In this document: piece by piece, positions 17,084 to 27,255 of the stretch
How the letters are laid out: every line of letters begins with the position of its first letter
Numbering within the stretch: position 1 is the stretch's first letter
Origin: an uncultured Rhodobacterales bacterium
GTDB taxonomy: Bacteria > Pseudomonadota > Alphaproteobacteria > Rhodobacterales > Rhodobacteraceae
DNA: 64,000 nucleotides
Direction: 5' to 3'
Assembly (NCBI GenBank): GCA_964453855.1
Contig: CAYVRN010000003.1
Span: 7,604 to 71,603 of the forward strand
Position numbers and translations under genes: made by a program
The notes under the pieces: generated by a model
The model's database searches: none
The model's input: only the letters and a program-made list of their open reading frames with translations
What the model was told of the DNA's origin: nothing

Positions 17084-17980
17084 ATGAAAAGAAAAACCCA
17101 AATGGACGCTTTTGGGGCGTCATCAATGGTTGCATTCGCTTTGCTGCTTGCGGCCAATCAAGTGGTCATAAAGCTGACAAACGATGGATTTCAGCCTGTG
17201 TTTCAAACAGGCATTCGATCGGTTGTGGGCGCGACAGCTTTGCTTATTTGGATGCGCTTTAAAGGCATTCCCTTGCGCATTGAAACGGGGACATTTGGTT
17301 CTGGCTTACTATTGGGCGGACTCTTTGCAGGAGAATTCCTGTGTCTGTTTATAGCGCTTGATCTTACGACAGTGGCGCGAAGCTCGATTATTTTTTATTC
17401 GATGCCTGTGTGGCTTTCGTTGCTTGGGCACTTTCTGTTGCCCGCAGAGCGGGTCAGCAAAGTAAAGGGTTTTGGGCTTTTGTTGGCAATGGTTGGCGTC
17501 GTTATCGCCGTTGCTGGCAGAGGGGCTGCCGGCGATGAGGCTTCTTTTCTTGGCGATATGTTGGCTCTGATTGCGGCTATGTGCTGGGCGGGAATTGCAT
17601 TGACAGCGCGCATCACGCCAATCGCCCATGTGCGAATTGAAATGCAATTGATGTGGCAGCTCGTCGTGTCGGCTGTCGTTTTGCTACTTCTATCTCTTTT
17701 CTTCGGCCCAATGTTAAGAGACTTTTCAACAATCCATGTGATCTCGGTTTTAGGGCAGGGTGTGGTCGTAGTTTTCGCGGCGTTTCTTTTTTGGTTTTGG
17801 CTGATCAAAACTTACCCAGCCTCAAGCGTGGCTTCATTTAGCTTTCTATCGCCGGTCTTTGGCGTGTTGTTGGGCTGGCTGCTGTTGGGCGAAAAAATCG
17901 GACCAGGCGCAATTGCCGCGTTGGGTTGCGTGGCCGTAGGGCTTGTTATGATCAACTGGCCCACGAGATCTGGCGGCTAG
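17084..17980 (+). CDS. DMT-superfamily (EamA-like) transporter
   Basis: 298 aa, 10 hydrophobic segments, two EamA-like halves. The stop overlaps the convergent selO stop by 4 nt. Confidence 0.7.
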   Translation: MKRKTQMDAFGASSMVAFALLLAANQVVIKLTNDGFQPVFQTGIRSVVGATALLIWMRFKGIPLRIETGTFGSGLLLGGLFAGEFLCLFIALDLTTVARSSIIFYSMPVWLSLLGHFLLPAERVSKVKGFGLLLAMVGVVIAVAGRGAAGDEASFLGDMLALIAAMCWAGIALTARITPIAHVRIEMQLMWQLVVSAVVLLLLSLFFGPMLRDFSTIHVISVLGQGVVVVFAAFLFWFWLIKTYPASSVASFSFLSPVFGVLLGWLLLGEKIGPGAIAALGCVAVGLVMINWPTRSGG

Positions 17981-19401
17981 GTTCCGCAGAAGGTTTCGCG
18001 GACGACTTCGTCGGGCGTTGGTGGCTTGCGAAGGTGGGCATTTTTGCTCACGCTTTCAAATGGCGTTGAATAAGCTCTTAACATTTCCTCAAACGCGGAC
18101 ATATCCCCCGCAACCGCGCTTGTTATCATATGTTCGATGCGGTGGTTTCTTGGAATAAGGCAAGGGTTGGCTGAATGCATGAGTTTTACAGGATCAGGTT
18201 CGTCTGCAATGCGGGTTTTCCAAGAAACCTCCCATTCGTCATACTGTGTTGGATCTATAAATTGATCCCTTGCACTGCCTTCTGCCAAAGCGCGAAATGT
18301 ATTCGTGAAGTCTGCCTCCTGTTCGGCCATAATTTGCAGCAGATTTTCCAGCAAGGCTTGATCCTCGGGGCGGTCGGTCGTTATTCCGATTTTAGCCTTG
18401 AAAACTCGTTGCCATTCAGCCCGAAGCAATTTCGGCATTGAGTGGACTACTTCCGTGTAGGTTTCAACGGCCGCATCTTGATCCGGTTCTAAAATGAGCA
18501 GCGAAGACGCGAGTTGGGCTACATTCCAAACAAGTATTTCTGGTTGCCGCATGTAGGCATAGCGGCCCATTCTGTCGATTGAACTGTAGACCGTTGCGGG
18601 ATGATAGCTGTCCATAAACGCGCATGGGCCGTAATCAATGGTTTCGCCAGAGATTGAAGTATTGTCAGTGTTCATCACACCGTGAATGAACCCAACGCCC
18701 ATCCACCTACTGACCAAGGCGACTTGTCGTTCAATGACCCGATGCAAAAACTCAAGCGGCGTTGAAGTGTTAGGGTAATGGCGCGTGACCGCATATTCAA
18801 GCAGTGCTCTAACGGCCTCGGCGTCGCCACGCGCTGCGAAGTATTGAAATGTGCCTATCCGAAGATGGCTTGCTGCCACCCGTGTAAGGACTGCCCCCGG
18901 AACACCGCCTTCTTGTCGAAGGATCGTTTCGCCGGTTGTCGCTGCCGCCAAAGCGCGCGTTGTGGGAATTCCAAGTGCATGCATCGCTTCGGAAACCACA
19001 TATTCTCTTAGAACGGGGCCTAGCCAAGCGCGACCGTCGCCTCCCCGCGAAAAGGGCGTTCGACCCGATCCTTTCAATTGAATATCACGTTGCCTTCCGT
19101 TTTGGTCAGTCAATTCCCCCAAAAGAACAGCACGACCATCCCCGAGACTAGGAACGAAATTGCCAAACTGGTGCCCTGCATATGCTTGCGCGATTGGTTC
19201 GGCGCCGTCCGGCAGGCTGCTTCCCGAAAAAATTTTTCCAAGCTCAATTGGGTCATCGTACCCTTTTATGCCAAGTTCGTCCGCAAGCGGTGAATTGAAG
19301 GCAACCAAATTGGCAGATTGCGCAGGGGCCGGTAGAATCTTGGAAAATAGCCTTTCGGGCAGGGAAACATAGGTATTTTTAAACGGTATATTGAGCGTCA
19401 T
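17977..19401 (-). CDS. selO: Protein adenylyltransferase SelO (YdiU family)
   Basis: 474 aa. AQAYAGHQFGNFVPSLGDGRAVLLGE, KGSGRTPFSR and HGVMNTDNTSISGETIDYGP match the SelO/YdiU pseudokinase-fold core. Confidence 0.85.
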   Translation of the reverse strand: MTLNIPFKNTYVSLPERLFSKILPAPAQSANLVAFNSPLADELGIKGYDDPIELGKIFSGSSLPDGAEPIAQAYAGHQFGNFVPSLGDGRAVLLGELTDQNGRQRDIQLKGSGRTPFSRGGDGRAWLGPVLREYVVSEAMHALGIPTTRALAAATTGETILRQEGGVPGAVLTRVAASHLRIGTFQYFAARGDAEAVRALLEYAVTRHYPNTSTPLEFLHRVIERQVALVSRWMGVGFIHGVMNTDNTSISGETIDYGPCAFMDSYHPATVYSSIDRMGRYAYMRQPEILVWNVAQLASSLLILEPDQDAAVETYTEVVHSMPKLLRAEWQRVFKAKIGITTDRPEDQALLENLLQIMAEQEADFTNTFRALAEGSARDQFIDPTQYDEWEVSWKTRIADEPDPVKLMHSANPCLIPRNHRIEHMITSAVAGDMSAFEEMLRAYSTPFESVSKNAHLRKPPTPDEVVRETFCGT

Positions 19402-20342
19402 TACAATCGGGCCAATCGTTCCGTCAGAAGATCGAAAAATCCGTTCGCATCAATATCACCAATGAAATGGGCGTTGGCGTTCCGGTCTGTTACCCCCCAC
19501 CAGTCGGCGACGGTCATCCCGCGTGTCAAAGCCGAGCCAGTCTCGATTTCTACGTTGATCTGGCGTCCTGAAAATAGTTCGGGTTGGATCAAATAGGCCG
19601 TGACGCACGGGTCATGCAGGGGCGCGCCATCAGAGCCGTATTTCTCTTTATCGAATCGTTCGAAGAAATCAGTCATCTGTGCAACTGCCCTCCCAACGGG
19701 GCTGCCGATTGCGCGAAACGCATCGTTTCGGGCTTTGGTGACCAGCGCCTTGTGGGTAACGTCCAAAGGCATCACAGTAATCGGAGCGCCACAGGCAAAC
19801 ACAACAGCGGCGGCTTCGGGATCAACGTAAATGTTAAACTCCGCAGCGGGAGTTATATTGCCAACTTCGAAATAGGCACCGCCCATCAATACAATCTCTT
19901 GAACGCGTGATGCGATGTCAGGGGCTTTACGCAATGCCATTGCAATATTGGTCAACGGTCCCAGAGGACACAGAGTTACCGTGTTACTAGGTTGCTCGCG
20001 CACAGTCCGGATAATAAAATCGACGGCGTGATCTGGCTGAAGCGGCATCTTTGGGTCCGGCAAGTCAGGCCCGTCCAGCCCCGTTTTTCCGTGTACGTGT
20101 TCTGCCGTTACTAAAGGGTGCACCAGCGGGTGACTGCATCCGGCATAAACTGGAATATCTGTTCTGCCGGCCAGTTCGCAGACGATGCGGGCGTTTTTCT
20201 GGGTGAGATCAAGAGGTACATTGCCAGCAACAGCAGTGATCCCAAGCACGTCAATTTCTTCGGGCGAGGCAAGCGCCAGAAGAATGGCCACAGCATCATC
20301 TTGCCCTGGGTCGGTATCGATTATGATTTTTCGTGCTGTCAT
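19401..20342 (-). CDS. Nucleoside hydrolase (IUNH family)
   Basis: Trimmed to ATG 20340-20342 (MTARKIIIDTDPGQDDAVAILLAL, the DxDxxxDD fingerprint). The TAA stop overlaps the selO ATG by 1 nt. Confidence 0.85.
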   Translation of the reverse strand: MTARKIIIDTDPGQDDAVAILLALASPEEIDVLGITAVAGNVPLDLTQKNARIVCELAGRTDIPVYAGCSHPLVHPLVTAEHVHGKTGLDGPDLPDPKMPLQPDHAVDFIIRTVREQPSNTVTLCPLGPLTNIAMALRKAPDIASRVQEIVLMGGAYFEVGNITPAAEFNIYVDPEAAAVVFACGAPITVMPLDVTHKALVTKARNDAFRAIGSPVGRAVAQMTDFFERFDKEKYGSDGAPLHDPCVTAYLIQPELFSGRQINVEIETGSALTRGMTVADWWGVTDRNANAHFIGDIDANGFFDLLTERLARL

Positions 20343-20411
20343 CTGCTTGCGGCCTTCTGCGTCACATTGCCAAGAGAACTTAAGTTGCATTGCAGTGCAA
20401 GCAACCATTCA

Positions 20412-20449
20412 GCAAAAAGATAACCGCCGCAGCCTAAGGGCTACGACGG
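20412..20449 (-). terminator. Rho-independent terminator after the Fe(III)-binding protein gene
   Basis: The minus strand reads CCGUCGUAGCC-cuua-GGCUGCGGCGG (11-bp stem including two G-U pairs), followed by UUAUCUUUUU. Confidence 0.6.
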
Positions 20450-20470
20450 CTGTCCTTGCGAATTTCGTTT

Positions 20471-21472
20471 TTAGCCGTCGAAATCGACTTCTTCGGTAAG
20501 CCGCAGCGCGGTTGAACGGTGCTGTGCAAGCGTCATGAGGTTCACGTCATCTGCGGTGAATGTTCCCCAGCTTTCCACCAACACATCTGCGTTGCTACCG
20601 GGGGCGATGGGGTATTCATAATTTTCTTTTGCGTAGATTCCCTGCGCCTCTTGGGACGTTAAGAATTCCATCAACGTGATGGCGTTGTCGCGGTTGGGGG
20701 CGTGTTTTGCCAAGGCGACGCCTGAAATATTCACATGTGTTCCAGCATTTTCGAAAGTCGGGAACAGGACATTTACATAATTCGCCCATTCCGCTTGCTC
20801 GGGATCGGACAGCATTTCACCCATGTAATAAGTATTGCCAATTGAGATATCGCACTCGCCTGCCCAAATTGCCTTCACTTGCGCTCGGTCGTTGCCTTGT
20901 GGTTTCCGAGCGAGGTTTTCTTTTACGCCTTCCAGCCAAGCTTTGGCACCTTCTTCACCGTGATGGTGTACCATCGCCGAGGTTAAGGCGACGTTGTAAG
21001 CGTGTGTGCCCGAGCGTGTGCAAATGCGCCCTTTCCATTTTTCCGATGCGAGATCTTCGTAGGTGGAAACCTCTCCTTCCGCGACACGATCCTTTGAGGC
21101 ATAGACGATGCGTGCGCGTGTCGTCAGACCGTACCAATTACCGTCTGGGTCGCGGTATTCTGAAGGGACGTTCGCCAGCAATGCTTCCGTTTCAACTGGC
21201 TGTGTCAGGCCTTCGTTAACGACAGCTGCAAGGCGAGAGATATCGACGGTAAAGATCAGGTCAGCTGGTGATCGACGTCCTTCAGCCTTTAGGCGCTCCA
21301 CCATACCTTTTTCAAGATAGGCGACGTTGACATCGATGCCGGTCTTTTCGGTGAATGCATCTGTCAGCGGAGCGATGAGTTCCGGCTGACGGTATGAATA
21401 TACGTTCACCTCATCCGCAACGGCGGGGGTGGCCAGAACCGTGGCGACGAGAGCGGTTTTAACAATGCGCAT
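20471..21472 (-). CDS. Fe(III) ABC-transporter periplasmic substrate-binding protein (FbpA/AfuA-like)
   Basis: 333 aa. Signal peptide MRIVKTALVATVLATPAVA. VNVYSYRQPELI start of the mature protein and TYYMG are typical of ferric-binding proteins. GAGGA SD. Confidence 0.75.
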   Translation of the reverse strand: MRIVKTALVATVLATPAVADEVNVYSYRQPELIAPLTDAFTEKTGIDVNVAYLEKGMVERLKAEGRRSPADLIFTVDISRLAAVVNEGLTQPVETEALLANVPSEYRDPDGNWYGLTTRARIVYASKDRVAEGEVSTYEDLASEKWKGRICTRSGTHAYNVALTSAMVHHHGEEGAKAWLEGVKENLARKPQGNDRAQVKAIWAGECDISIGNTYYMGEMLSDPEQAEWANYVNVLFPTFENAGTHVNISGVALAKHAPNRDNAITLMEFLTSQEAQGIYAKENYEYPIAPGSNADVLVESWGTFTADDVNLMTLAQHRSTALRLTEEVDFDG

Positions 21473-21547
21473 TTTGATTCCTCAGCTTTTCAGTACGGCT
21501 AATATAAAGCCGACAAAAACAGTCAGGTCAATACCTGATTAAAATAT

Positions 21548-22375
21548 TCAGGTACTTTTCGCGGCCTTGTCAACTTGTCTGATTTCATTCCATATGGCGT
21601 CCATTTCCTCCAGTGACGACTGGTCCGGAGTTTTTCCACGAAGCCTGAGCTGGTCTTCTATATACTCGAAACGGCGTACAAATTTAGAATTGGCGCGGCG
21701 CAATGCTGCCTCGGGATCGATCTTCAGATGCCGCGCAAGATTTGCCATGACAAACAGCAGATCCCCCATTTCCTCTTCGATTTCATCGGCAGTAAGGTCA
21801 TCTTTGGCTTCGACCAGTTCGTCTGCCTCCTCCTTGATCTTGTCCAGAACCATAGTCGTTTCCGGCCAATCGAACCCGACACGCGCAGCGCGCTTTTGCA
21901 GCTTCAACGCCCGCAAAAGGGCAGGCAATCCTTTTGCGACCCCGTCCAATGTGCCCTGCTGTTTCTTTCCTGCCCGTTCCGCTGCCTTGATCGTTTCCCA
22001 GTCGCGGGTTTGCTGTTCTGCTGACTTTTCCCGATTTTCATCGCCGAACACATGAGGATGCCGTGCTACCATTTTGTCCGACATTGTATCCGCGACTTCA
22101 TCAAACTTAAAATATCCGGCTTCTTCGGCCATCTGAGCGTGAAAAACTGATTGGAATAACAAATCCCCAAGTTCACCTTTCAGTTCGTCCCAGTCCTGCC
22201 GGTCAATGGCATCCGCGACTTCATAAGCTTCTTCTATTGTATAGGGTGCGATGGTGGCAAAGGTCTGTTCGATATCCCAAGGGCAACCACTTTCTGGATT
22301 GCGCAGCCTACGCATGATTTCAAGAAGCCTGGGCATGCCGCCGTGGGGATTGTGTATCAGGTCATTGTTCTGCAT
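21548..22375 (-). CDS. mazG: Nucleoside triphosphate pyrophosphohydrolase MazG
   Basis: Trimmed to ATG 22373-22375 (MQNNDLI...). RRLRNPESGCPWDIEQTF, tandem MazG EExxE motifs (EEAYEV, EELGDLLF, EEMGDLLF). Confidence 0.85.
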   Translation of the reverse strand: MQNNDLIHNPHGGMPRLLEIMRRLRNPESGCPWDIEQTFATIAPYTIEEAYEVADAIDRQDWDELKGELGDLLFQSVFHAQMAEEAGYFKFDEVADTMSDKMVARHPHVFGDENREKSAEQQTRDWETIKAAERAGKKQQGTLDGVAKGLPALLRALKLQKRAARVGFDWPETTMVLDKIKEEADELVEAKDDLTADEIEEEMGDLLFVMANLARHLKIDPEAALRRANSKFVRRFEYIEDQLRLRGKTPDQSSLEEMDAIWNEIRQVDKAAKST

Positions 22376-22437
22376 TGCTTGCCGTCCATAATTGGGATTG
22401 GATGCAGACTGAACACTGCGCGTGAAGGAGTCCACCC

Positions 22438-23601
22438 ATGGCGGTTGTAAATAGAATTGCAGGATTTTCCGACGATCTGAAAGAGTGGCGTCGCCATTTG
22501 CACATGAACCCCGAACTTGGGTTGGATTGTCACCGCACCGCATCGTTTGTAGTCGACCGCCTGAAAGAGTTTGGCGTTGACGAAATTCATGAAGGGATAG
22601 CTAGCAGCGGCGTCGTTGCCGTGATCCACGGTGTGGGGCATGGGCCGGTAACCGGCCTGCGTGCCGATATGGATGCCCTGCCAATGGAGGAAAAGACCGG
22701 TGCAGAATGGGCATCAACGGTGCCGGGGCGCATGCATGCCTGTGGTCATGACGGTCATACAACTATGTTGCTCGGGGCTGCTCGGTATCTGTCCGAGACA
22801 AGAAACTTCTCGGGCAAAGTTGTTTTGATCTTCCAGCCCGCCGAAGAAACTATCGGTGGCGGGCGGATCATGGTGGAGGAAGGCATTATGGACCGGTTCG
22901 GTGTTGAAGAAGTCTATGCTCTTCACACGGACCCGTTTAATGACGAAGGCGTTTTTTCGACTTGTACGGGCGGTCTTATGGCGGCGGTCGATGATTGGAC
23001 CATCAGAGTCACAGGCGTAGGGGGGCACGGAGCTTATCCCCACGCTTGTGTAGACCCGATTCCTCCGGCTTTGACAATTGCACAAGGACTTCAGACGATT
23101 GTCGCGCGCAACACGCCTGCAAGCGAACCCTTAGTGATATCCGTGACACAGTTTCATTCCGGCAGCGCCTCAAACATTATTCCAGATGCCGCTATGATTA
23201 ATGGAACAACGCGCAGTTTCTCGCCAGAACTTCGTGATATGGCCGAAGAACGGATCAGGGCCATTTCCAGGGCTCAGGCCTCTGCATATGGGGTTCAGGT
23301 CGATGTGGACTACGACCGTAGTTATCCCGCGACGGTTAATCATGCTAACCAAACGAACTTTGCTGCGACGATTGCTGCCTCGGTAGTTGGTGAGGCAAAG
23401 GTAGACACAAATATGACGCCTGAAATGGGGGCTGAGGATTTCTCTTACATGCTTGAAGCACGCCCAGGTTCATTTCTGTTTTTGGGGCAAGGGAAGGGGG
23501 CGTCGGTCCACCATCCCGAGTTTGACTTTAACGATGACGTTGCTCCAGTCGGGGCATCTTTTTTCGCGCGCCTAATCGAAACCAGACATGCTTTGAAGTG
23601 A
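22438..23601 (+). CDS. M20-family amidohydrolase (hippurate hydrolase / N-acyl-amino-acid amidohydrolase-like)
   Basis: 387 aa. WRRHLHMNPELG, RADMDALP, MHACGHDGHT and FQPAEE metal-ligand motifs. GAAGGAG SD. Confidence 0.8.
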   Translation: MAVVNRIAGFSDDLKEWRRHLHMNPELGLDCHRTASFVVDRLKEFGVDEIHEGIASSGVVAVIHGVGHGPVTGLRADMDALPMEEKTGAEWASTVPGRMHACGHDGHTTMLLGAARYLSETRNFSGKVVLIFQPAEETIGGGRIMVEEGIMDRFGVEEVYALHTDPFNDEGVFSTCTGGLMAAVDDWTIRVTGVGGHGAYPHACVDPIPPALTIAQGLQTIVARNTPASEPLVISVTQFHSGSASNIIPDAAMINGTTRSFSPELRDMAEERIRAISRAQASAYGVQVDVDYDRSYPATVNHANQTNFAATIAASVVGEAKVDTNMTPEMGAEDFSYMLEARPGSFLFLGQGKGASVHHPEFDFNDDVAPVGASFFARLIETRHALK

Positions 23602-23660
23602 TCGCTTGCATTGTTTTGAAAATCTGCGAAATTTGATCAAATTTACCCTGCGAGGAACCA

Positions 23661-24629
23661 ATGTCTCTTGAAGGCGCAAAACATCAAGTTGATCAGGCAT
23701 TTACACGTGACGATGTAAGAGGGCCTAGCTTTGAAAATACGTTTGGAGGAGCAGTTTCGTTTCTTCGGCGTCGTTACACGAAGGATCTTTCCGAGATTGA
23801 CATCTGTGTTACTGGGGTGGGTTTTGACCAGTCCGTGACAAACCGCCCCGGGACAAGATTAGGTCCGCGCGCGATCCGCGAGGCAAGCACCCTTCAACCT
23901 TTCGATCCGCCTTATGGATGGGATTATGACCCCTTCACCGAGTTGGCGATCGCAGACTACGGCGATCTAGCGTTTGATTATGCAAGGGTCAGCGAGTTTC
24001 CAGACGCTTTGACAAACCACATTCGGGGAATTCTGGCGACCGATACGGCGTCGGTCGCGCTGGGAGGAGATCACTATATTTCCTTCCCGATCCTCAAGGC
24101 CTATGCCGAGAAATACGGACCCATGGCGTTAATTCATTTCGATGCTCATTCCGACACATGGCAAGATGATGATTTTGACCGCATTGATCATGGGACGATG
24201 TTCTATAAGGCGGTGAAGCTTGGTCTGATTGATGTTGAGCGGTCGGTACAAATTGGCATTCGAACCACAAATCCCGACACGATGGGGATAACTACATTGG
24301 ATGCTCGATTTGTACATGAACACGGTCCAGCTCAGACAGCGCGTCGTGTGAAAGAAATCGTTGGCGATGTACCGGCTTATCTGACCTTCGATATCGATTG
24401 TTTAGACCCAGCTTTCGCACCTGGGACCGGAACACCTGTTTGGGGTGGGCTGTCGAGCGGGCAGGCGGCAATCATTCTTCGTGATCTTGCTGGCATTAAT
24501 TTAAAAGGCGGGGATGTGGTGGAAGTATCGCCTCCGTTTGATACTACAGGCGCAACCGCCATTGCAGGGGCTCATGTTGCGGTCGAGATCATCAGTCTCT
24601 GGGGTTGGAAAAACCGTCAAGCCAGTTAG
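23661..24629 (+). CDS. Ureohydrolase-family enzyme (agmatinase / guanidino-acid hydrolase-like)
   Basis: 322 aa. Mn-ligand motifs GGDHYISFP, HFDAHSDT, TFDIDCLDPAFAPGTGTP and SPPFD. Confidence 0.8.
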   Translation: MSLEGAKHQVDQAFTRDDVRGPSFENTFGGAVSFLRRRYTKDLSEIDICVTGVGFDQSVTNRPGTRLGPRAIREASTLQPFDPPYGWDYDPFTELAIADYGDLAFDYARVSEFPDALTNHIRGILATDTASVALGGDHYISFPILKAYAEKYGPMALIHFDAHSDTWQDDDFDRIDHGTMFYKAVKLGLIDVERSVQIGIRTTNPDTMGITTLDARFVHEHGPAQTARRVKEIVGDVPAYLTFDIDCLDPAFAPGTGTPVWGGLSSGQAAIILRDLAGINLKGGDVVEVSPPFDTTGATAIAGAHVAVEIISLWGWKNRQAS

Positions 24630-24709
24630 CTGTTTCCATAAAAAGTATGTATTCACATGAAAAACTGAATTGGAGAGCTACGTCTTAGAAAGCCTCCGAG
24701 AGAAAGTTC

Positions 24710-25114
24710 ATGAAGTTTATAGTTATTTTAATCTTTGCGGTTGTTGTTTTTGCAATCTGGGTGCGTGTGGCTCCGTCACATCCACAACGTTGGAACGTAG
24801 CGTTGGACGACCCACAGGATAGGGTGATGGCACATGGTGTGGTGCGTATTGTTCCGGGCGGAGAGAAGTATTTTGGCGAGCTGGATAAGATTATCCGAGA
24901 TACAGAACGCACATCGCACCTAGCCGGAACGCTTGAAGAAGGTATGGTCACTTATGTCACCCGTTCGAAGCTTTGGGGATTTCCTGACTATGCAACGGTT
25001 TGGGTATCCGAACAGGATTTAGTCATCCACTCAAGGCTACGCTTTGGAGGTGGAGACATGGGCGTGAATCGTGCCCGTGTTGACAATTGGTTATCAAAAC
25101 TTCCAGCCTCTTGA
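24710..25114 (+). CDS. DUF1499-family protein (N-terminal membrane anchor)
   Basis: 134 aa. Hydrophobic N-terminus. GFPDYATVWV and GDMGVNRARV resemble DUF1499 signatures (family call from memory). Confidence 0.5.
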   Translation: MKFIVILIFAVVVFAIWVRVAPSHPQRWNVALDDPQDRVMAHGVVRIVPGGEKYFGELDKIIRDTERTSHLAGTLEEGMVTYVTRSKLWGFPDYATVWVSEQDLVIHSRLRFGGGDMGVNRARVDNWLSKLPAS

Positions 25115-25144
25115 CCCGCCTGCGCGGATAGGGGAAGGAAAGCT

Positions 25145-26194
25145 ATGGTTCCGATAGAAAAACTTGAGCAGATTTCGCAACGCTTTCAGTATCTCGAGGC
25201 AGCAATGTCCGAGGGTGGGGGGGATATCGCAGCGTTGGGCAAAGAATATTCTGATTTGCGCCCCGTTGTCGAACAGATCACTGCATATCGGAAACTGCTG
25301 GCCGATATCGAAGAGACCGAGGCCTTGTTGGAAGATCTGGATATGCGTGAACTGGCTGAAGAAGAATTGCCAGAGCTGAAGAAAAAGCTTCCGGAAGTGG
25401 AAAAAGCGCTTCAGATCGCGCTACTTCCGAAAGACGCCGCTGATGCCCGCCCTGCAATGATCGAAATCCGCCCGGGTACTGGCGGGGAAGAGGCTGCGCT
25501 TTTCGCAGGTGACCTGTTGCGTATGTATCAAAGATACTCTGAAGCGCGCGGTTGGAAGTTCAACGTCATCGAGGAAAGCTACACAGAGATCGGCGGTATT
25601 AAAGAAGCGGTTATCAACGTACAGGGTGAAGGTGTGTTCGCGCGCCTCAAGTACGAAAGTGGCGTACATCGGGTGCAAAGGGTTCCCGAAACCGAAAGCG
25701 GCGGGCGTATTCATACATCGGCCGCGACAGTTGCAGTACTGCCAGAAGCGCAAGATGTTGATATCCGAATTGATGCCAATGACATTCGCATCGACACAAT
25801 GCGCAGTTCAGGCGCAGGTGGTCAGCACGTCAACACAACTGACTCGGCAGTGCGGATCACCCACTTGCCGACCGGTTTGGTGGTGACCAGTTCTGAGAAA
25901 TCGCAGCACCGAAACCGCGAAATTGCGATGCAGGTTCTTAAGACCCGATTGTATGACATGGAGCGCCAAAAGGTTCATGATCAACGCTCTGCGGATCGCA
26001 AGGCTCAGGTTGGGTCAGGCGATCGAAGCGAGCGCATTCGCACTTACAACTTCCCTCAGGGTCGTATGACGGACCACCGGATAAATCTGACGCTCTATAA
26101 GCTTGACCAGATTATGCAGGGCGATCTGGATGAAATCATTGACGCGCTGATTTCCGAAACTCAGGCAAATCAATTGGCAGAGATGGAAGGATGA
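25145..26194 (+). CDS. prfA: Peptide chain release factor 1
   Basis: 349 aa. PET tripeptide ([14 protein letters not shown]) and GGQ motif ([24 protein letters not shown]). Confidence 0.95.
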   Translation: MVPIEKLEQISQRFQYLEAAMSEGGGDIAALGKEYSDLRPVVEQITAYRKLLADIEETEALLEDLDMRELAEEELPELKKKLPEVEKALQIALLPKDAADARPAMIEIRPGTGGEEAALFAGDLLRMYQRYSEARGWKFNVIEESYTEIGGIKEAVINVQGEGVFARLKYESGVHRVQRVPETESGGRIHTSAATVAVLPEAQDVDIRIDANDIRIDTMRSSGAGGQHVNTTDSAVRITHLPTGLVVTSSEKSQHRNREIAMQVLKTRLYDMERQKVHDQRSADRKAQVGSGDRSERIRTYNFPQGRMTDHRINLTLYKLDQIMQGDLDEIIDALISETQANQLAEMEG

Positions 26195-27024
26195 CCGCCC
26201 AATCAGCGCTTGTTGCTGCTGTTCATTCACTAAAAGCCGCAGGTGTCGATGACCCAGCCCGTGATGCGCGAAGGTTGCTATGCCATGCCTTGGATATAGA
26301 CAGCAGTCGCTTAACGCTCGCGCTGGGTGAAGAAATGACCAAGGATGCCAAGAAGCTTTTTGGCGACTTGATAACGCGGCGCATTACACGCGAGCCGGTA
26401 TCGCAGATTTTGGGGTATCGCGATTTCTATGGCCAGCGGTTTGAAGTGACACGTGATGTGCTTGATCCTCGCCCGGAGACGGAAACCTTAGTTGAAACCG
26501 TCCTTGGGTTGGACTTTCAAACAATTTTGGATATTGGCACCGGCTCAGGCTGCATCTTGCTGTCATTACTAGCTACCCGCGTAGGGTCTACTGGTATGGG
26601 TGTTGATGTATCACAGTCGGCGTTGACAGTTGCAAAGCGCAACGCGCAAGCTCTGGGACTTTTAGAGAGAGTAGAGTTTGCCCACTCTAATTGGTTCGAG
26701 GCGGTTGAGGGTCTGTTTGATGTAATCGTTTCTAACCCGCCTTACATCGACGAAAAAGAATGGGAAACGCTAGAACCGGAGCCCAAAGATTGGGAACCTA
26801 AACTTGCTTTGACCCCTGGCGTGGATGGACTGGCACCCTACCGAGTGATTGCCGCAGTTGCGCCTAGGCATCTGACCAAAGATGGGTGGTTGGCGGTTGA
26901 AATCGGGTGGCGACAGGGGGATGCGGTTAAAGATATCTTCGAAGACAGCGGATTCTCGGATGTCCGTGTGATTCAGGATTTGGGTGGTCGAGATCGCGTC
27001 GTTGCTGGGTGCTTTCACGCTTAA
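26191..27024 (+). CDS. prmC: Release-factor glutamine N5-methyltransferase PrmC (HemK)
   Basis: 277 aa. ATGA overlap with the prfA stop. SAM motif [10 protein letters not shown] and catalytic NPPY (VSNPPYI). Confidence 0.9.
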   Translation: MTAQSALVAAVHSLKAAGVDDPARDARRLLCHALDIDSSRLTLALGEEMTKDAKKLFGDLITRRITREPVSQILGYRDFYGQRFEVTRDVLDPRPETETLVETVLGLDFQTILDIGTGSGCILLSLLATRVGSTGMGVDVSQSALTVAKRNAQALGLLERVEFAHSNWFEAVEGLFDVIVSNPPYIDEKEWETLEPEPKDWEPKLALTPGVDGLAPYRVIAAVAPRHLTKDGWLAVEIGWRQGDAVKDIFEDSGFSDVRVIQDLGGRDRVVAGCFHA

Positions 27025-27255
27025 CCGTTGCAAAAAAGCCCATTTTATAGGGAATGGCCGTTAAAATTGGCAGGTTTGTCTGAATTTTAACTTGTACTGA
27101 ATAAATCTTCATGTTTTTTGGGGCTACCTGATGCAAGCGCGCCAAATTCTTGATGCGGCATCCTGTGACTAACCACAAAACACTACGGTAATATCGTTCA
27201 GGCGCACAGCTAGAGCGGTCCTAGAAAAAGCCACAAAGGCTGGAATAATAAGCAC

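Noticed and set aside
21536-21550. TGA-N9-TCA (RirA IRO-box-like) upstream of the Fe(III)-binding protein gene
   Set aside because: The pattern is very degenerate and its TCA half is simply the mazG stop codon on the other strand. It is probably coincidence.
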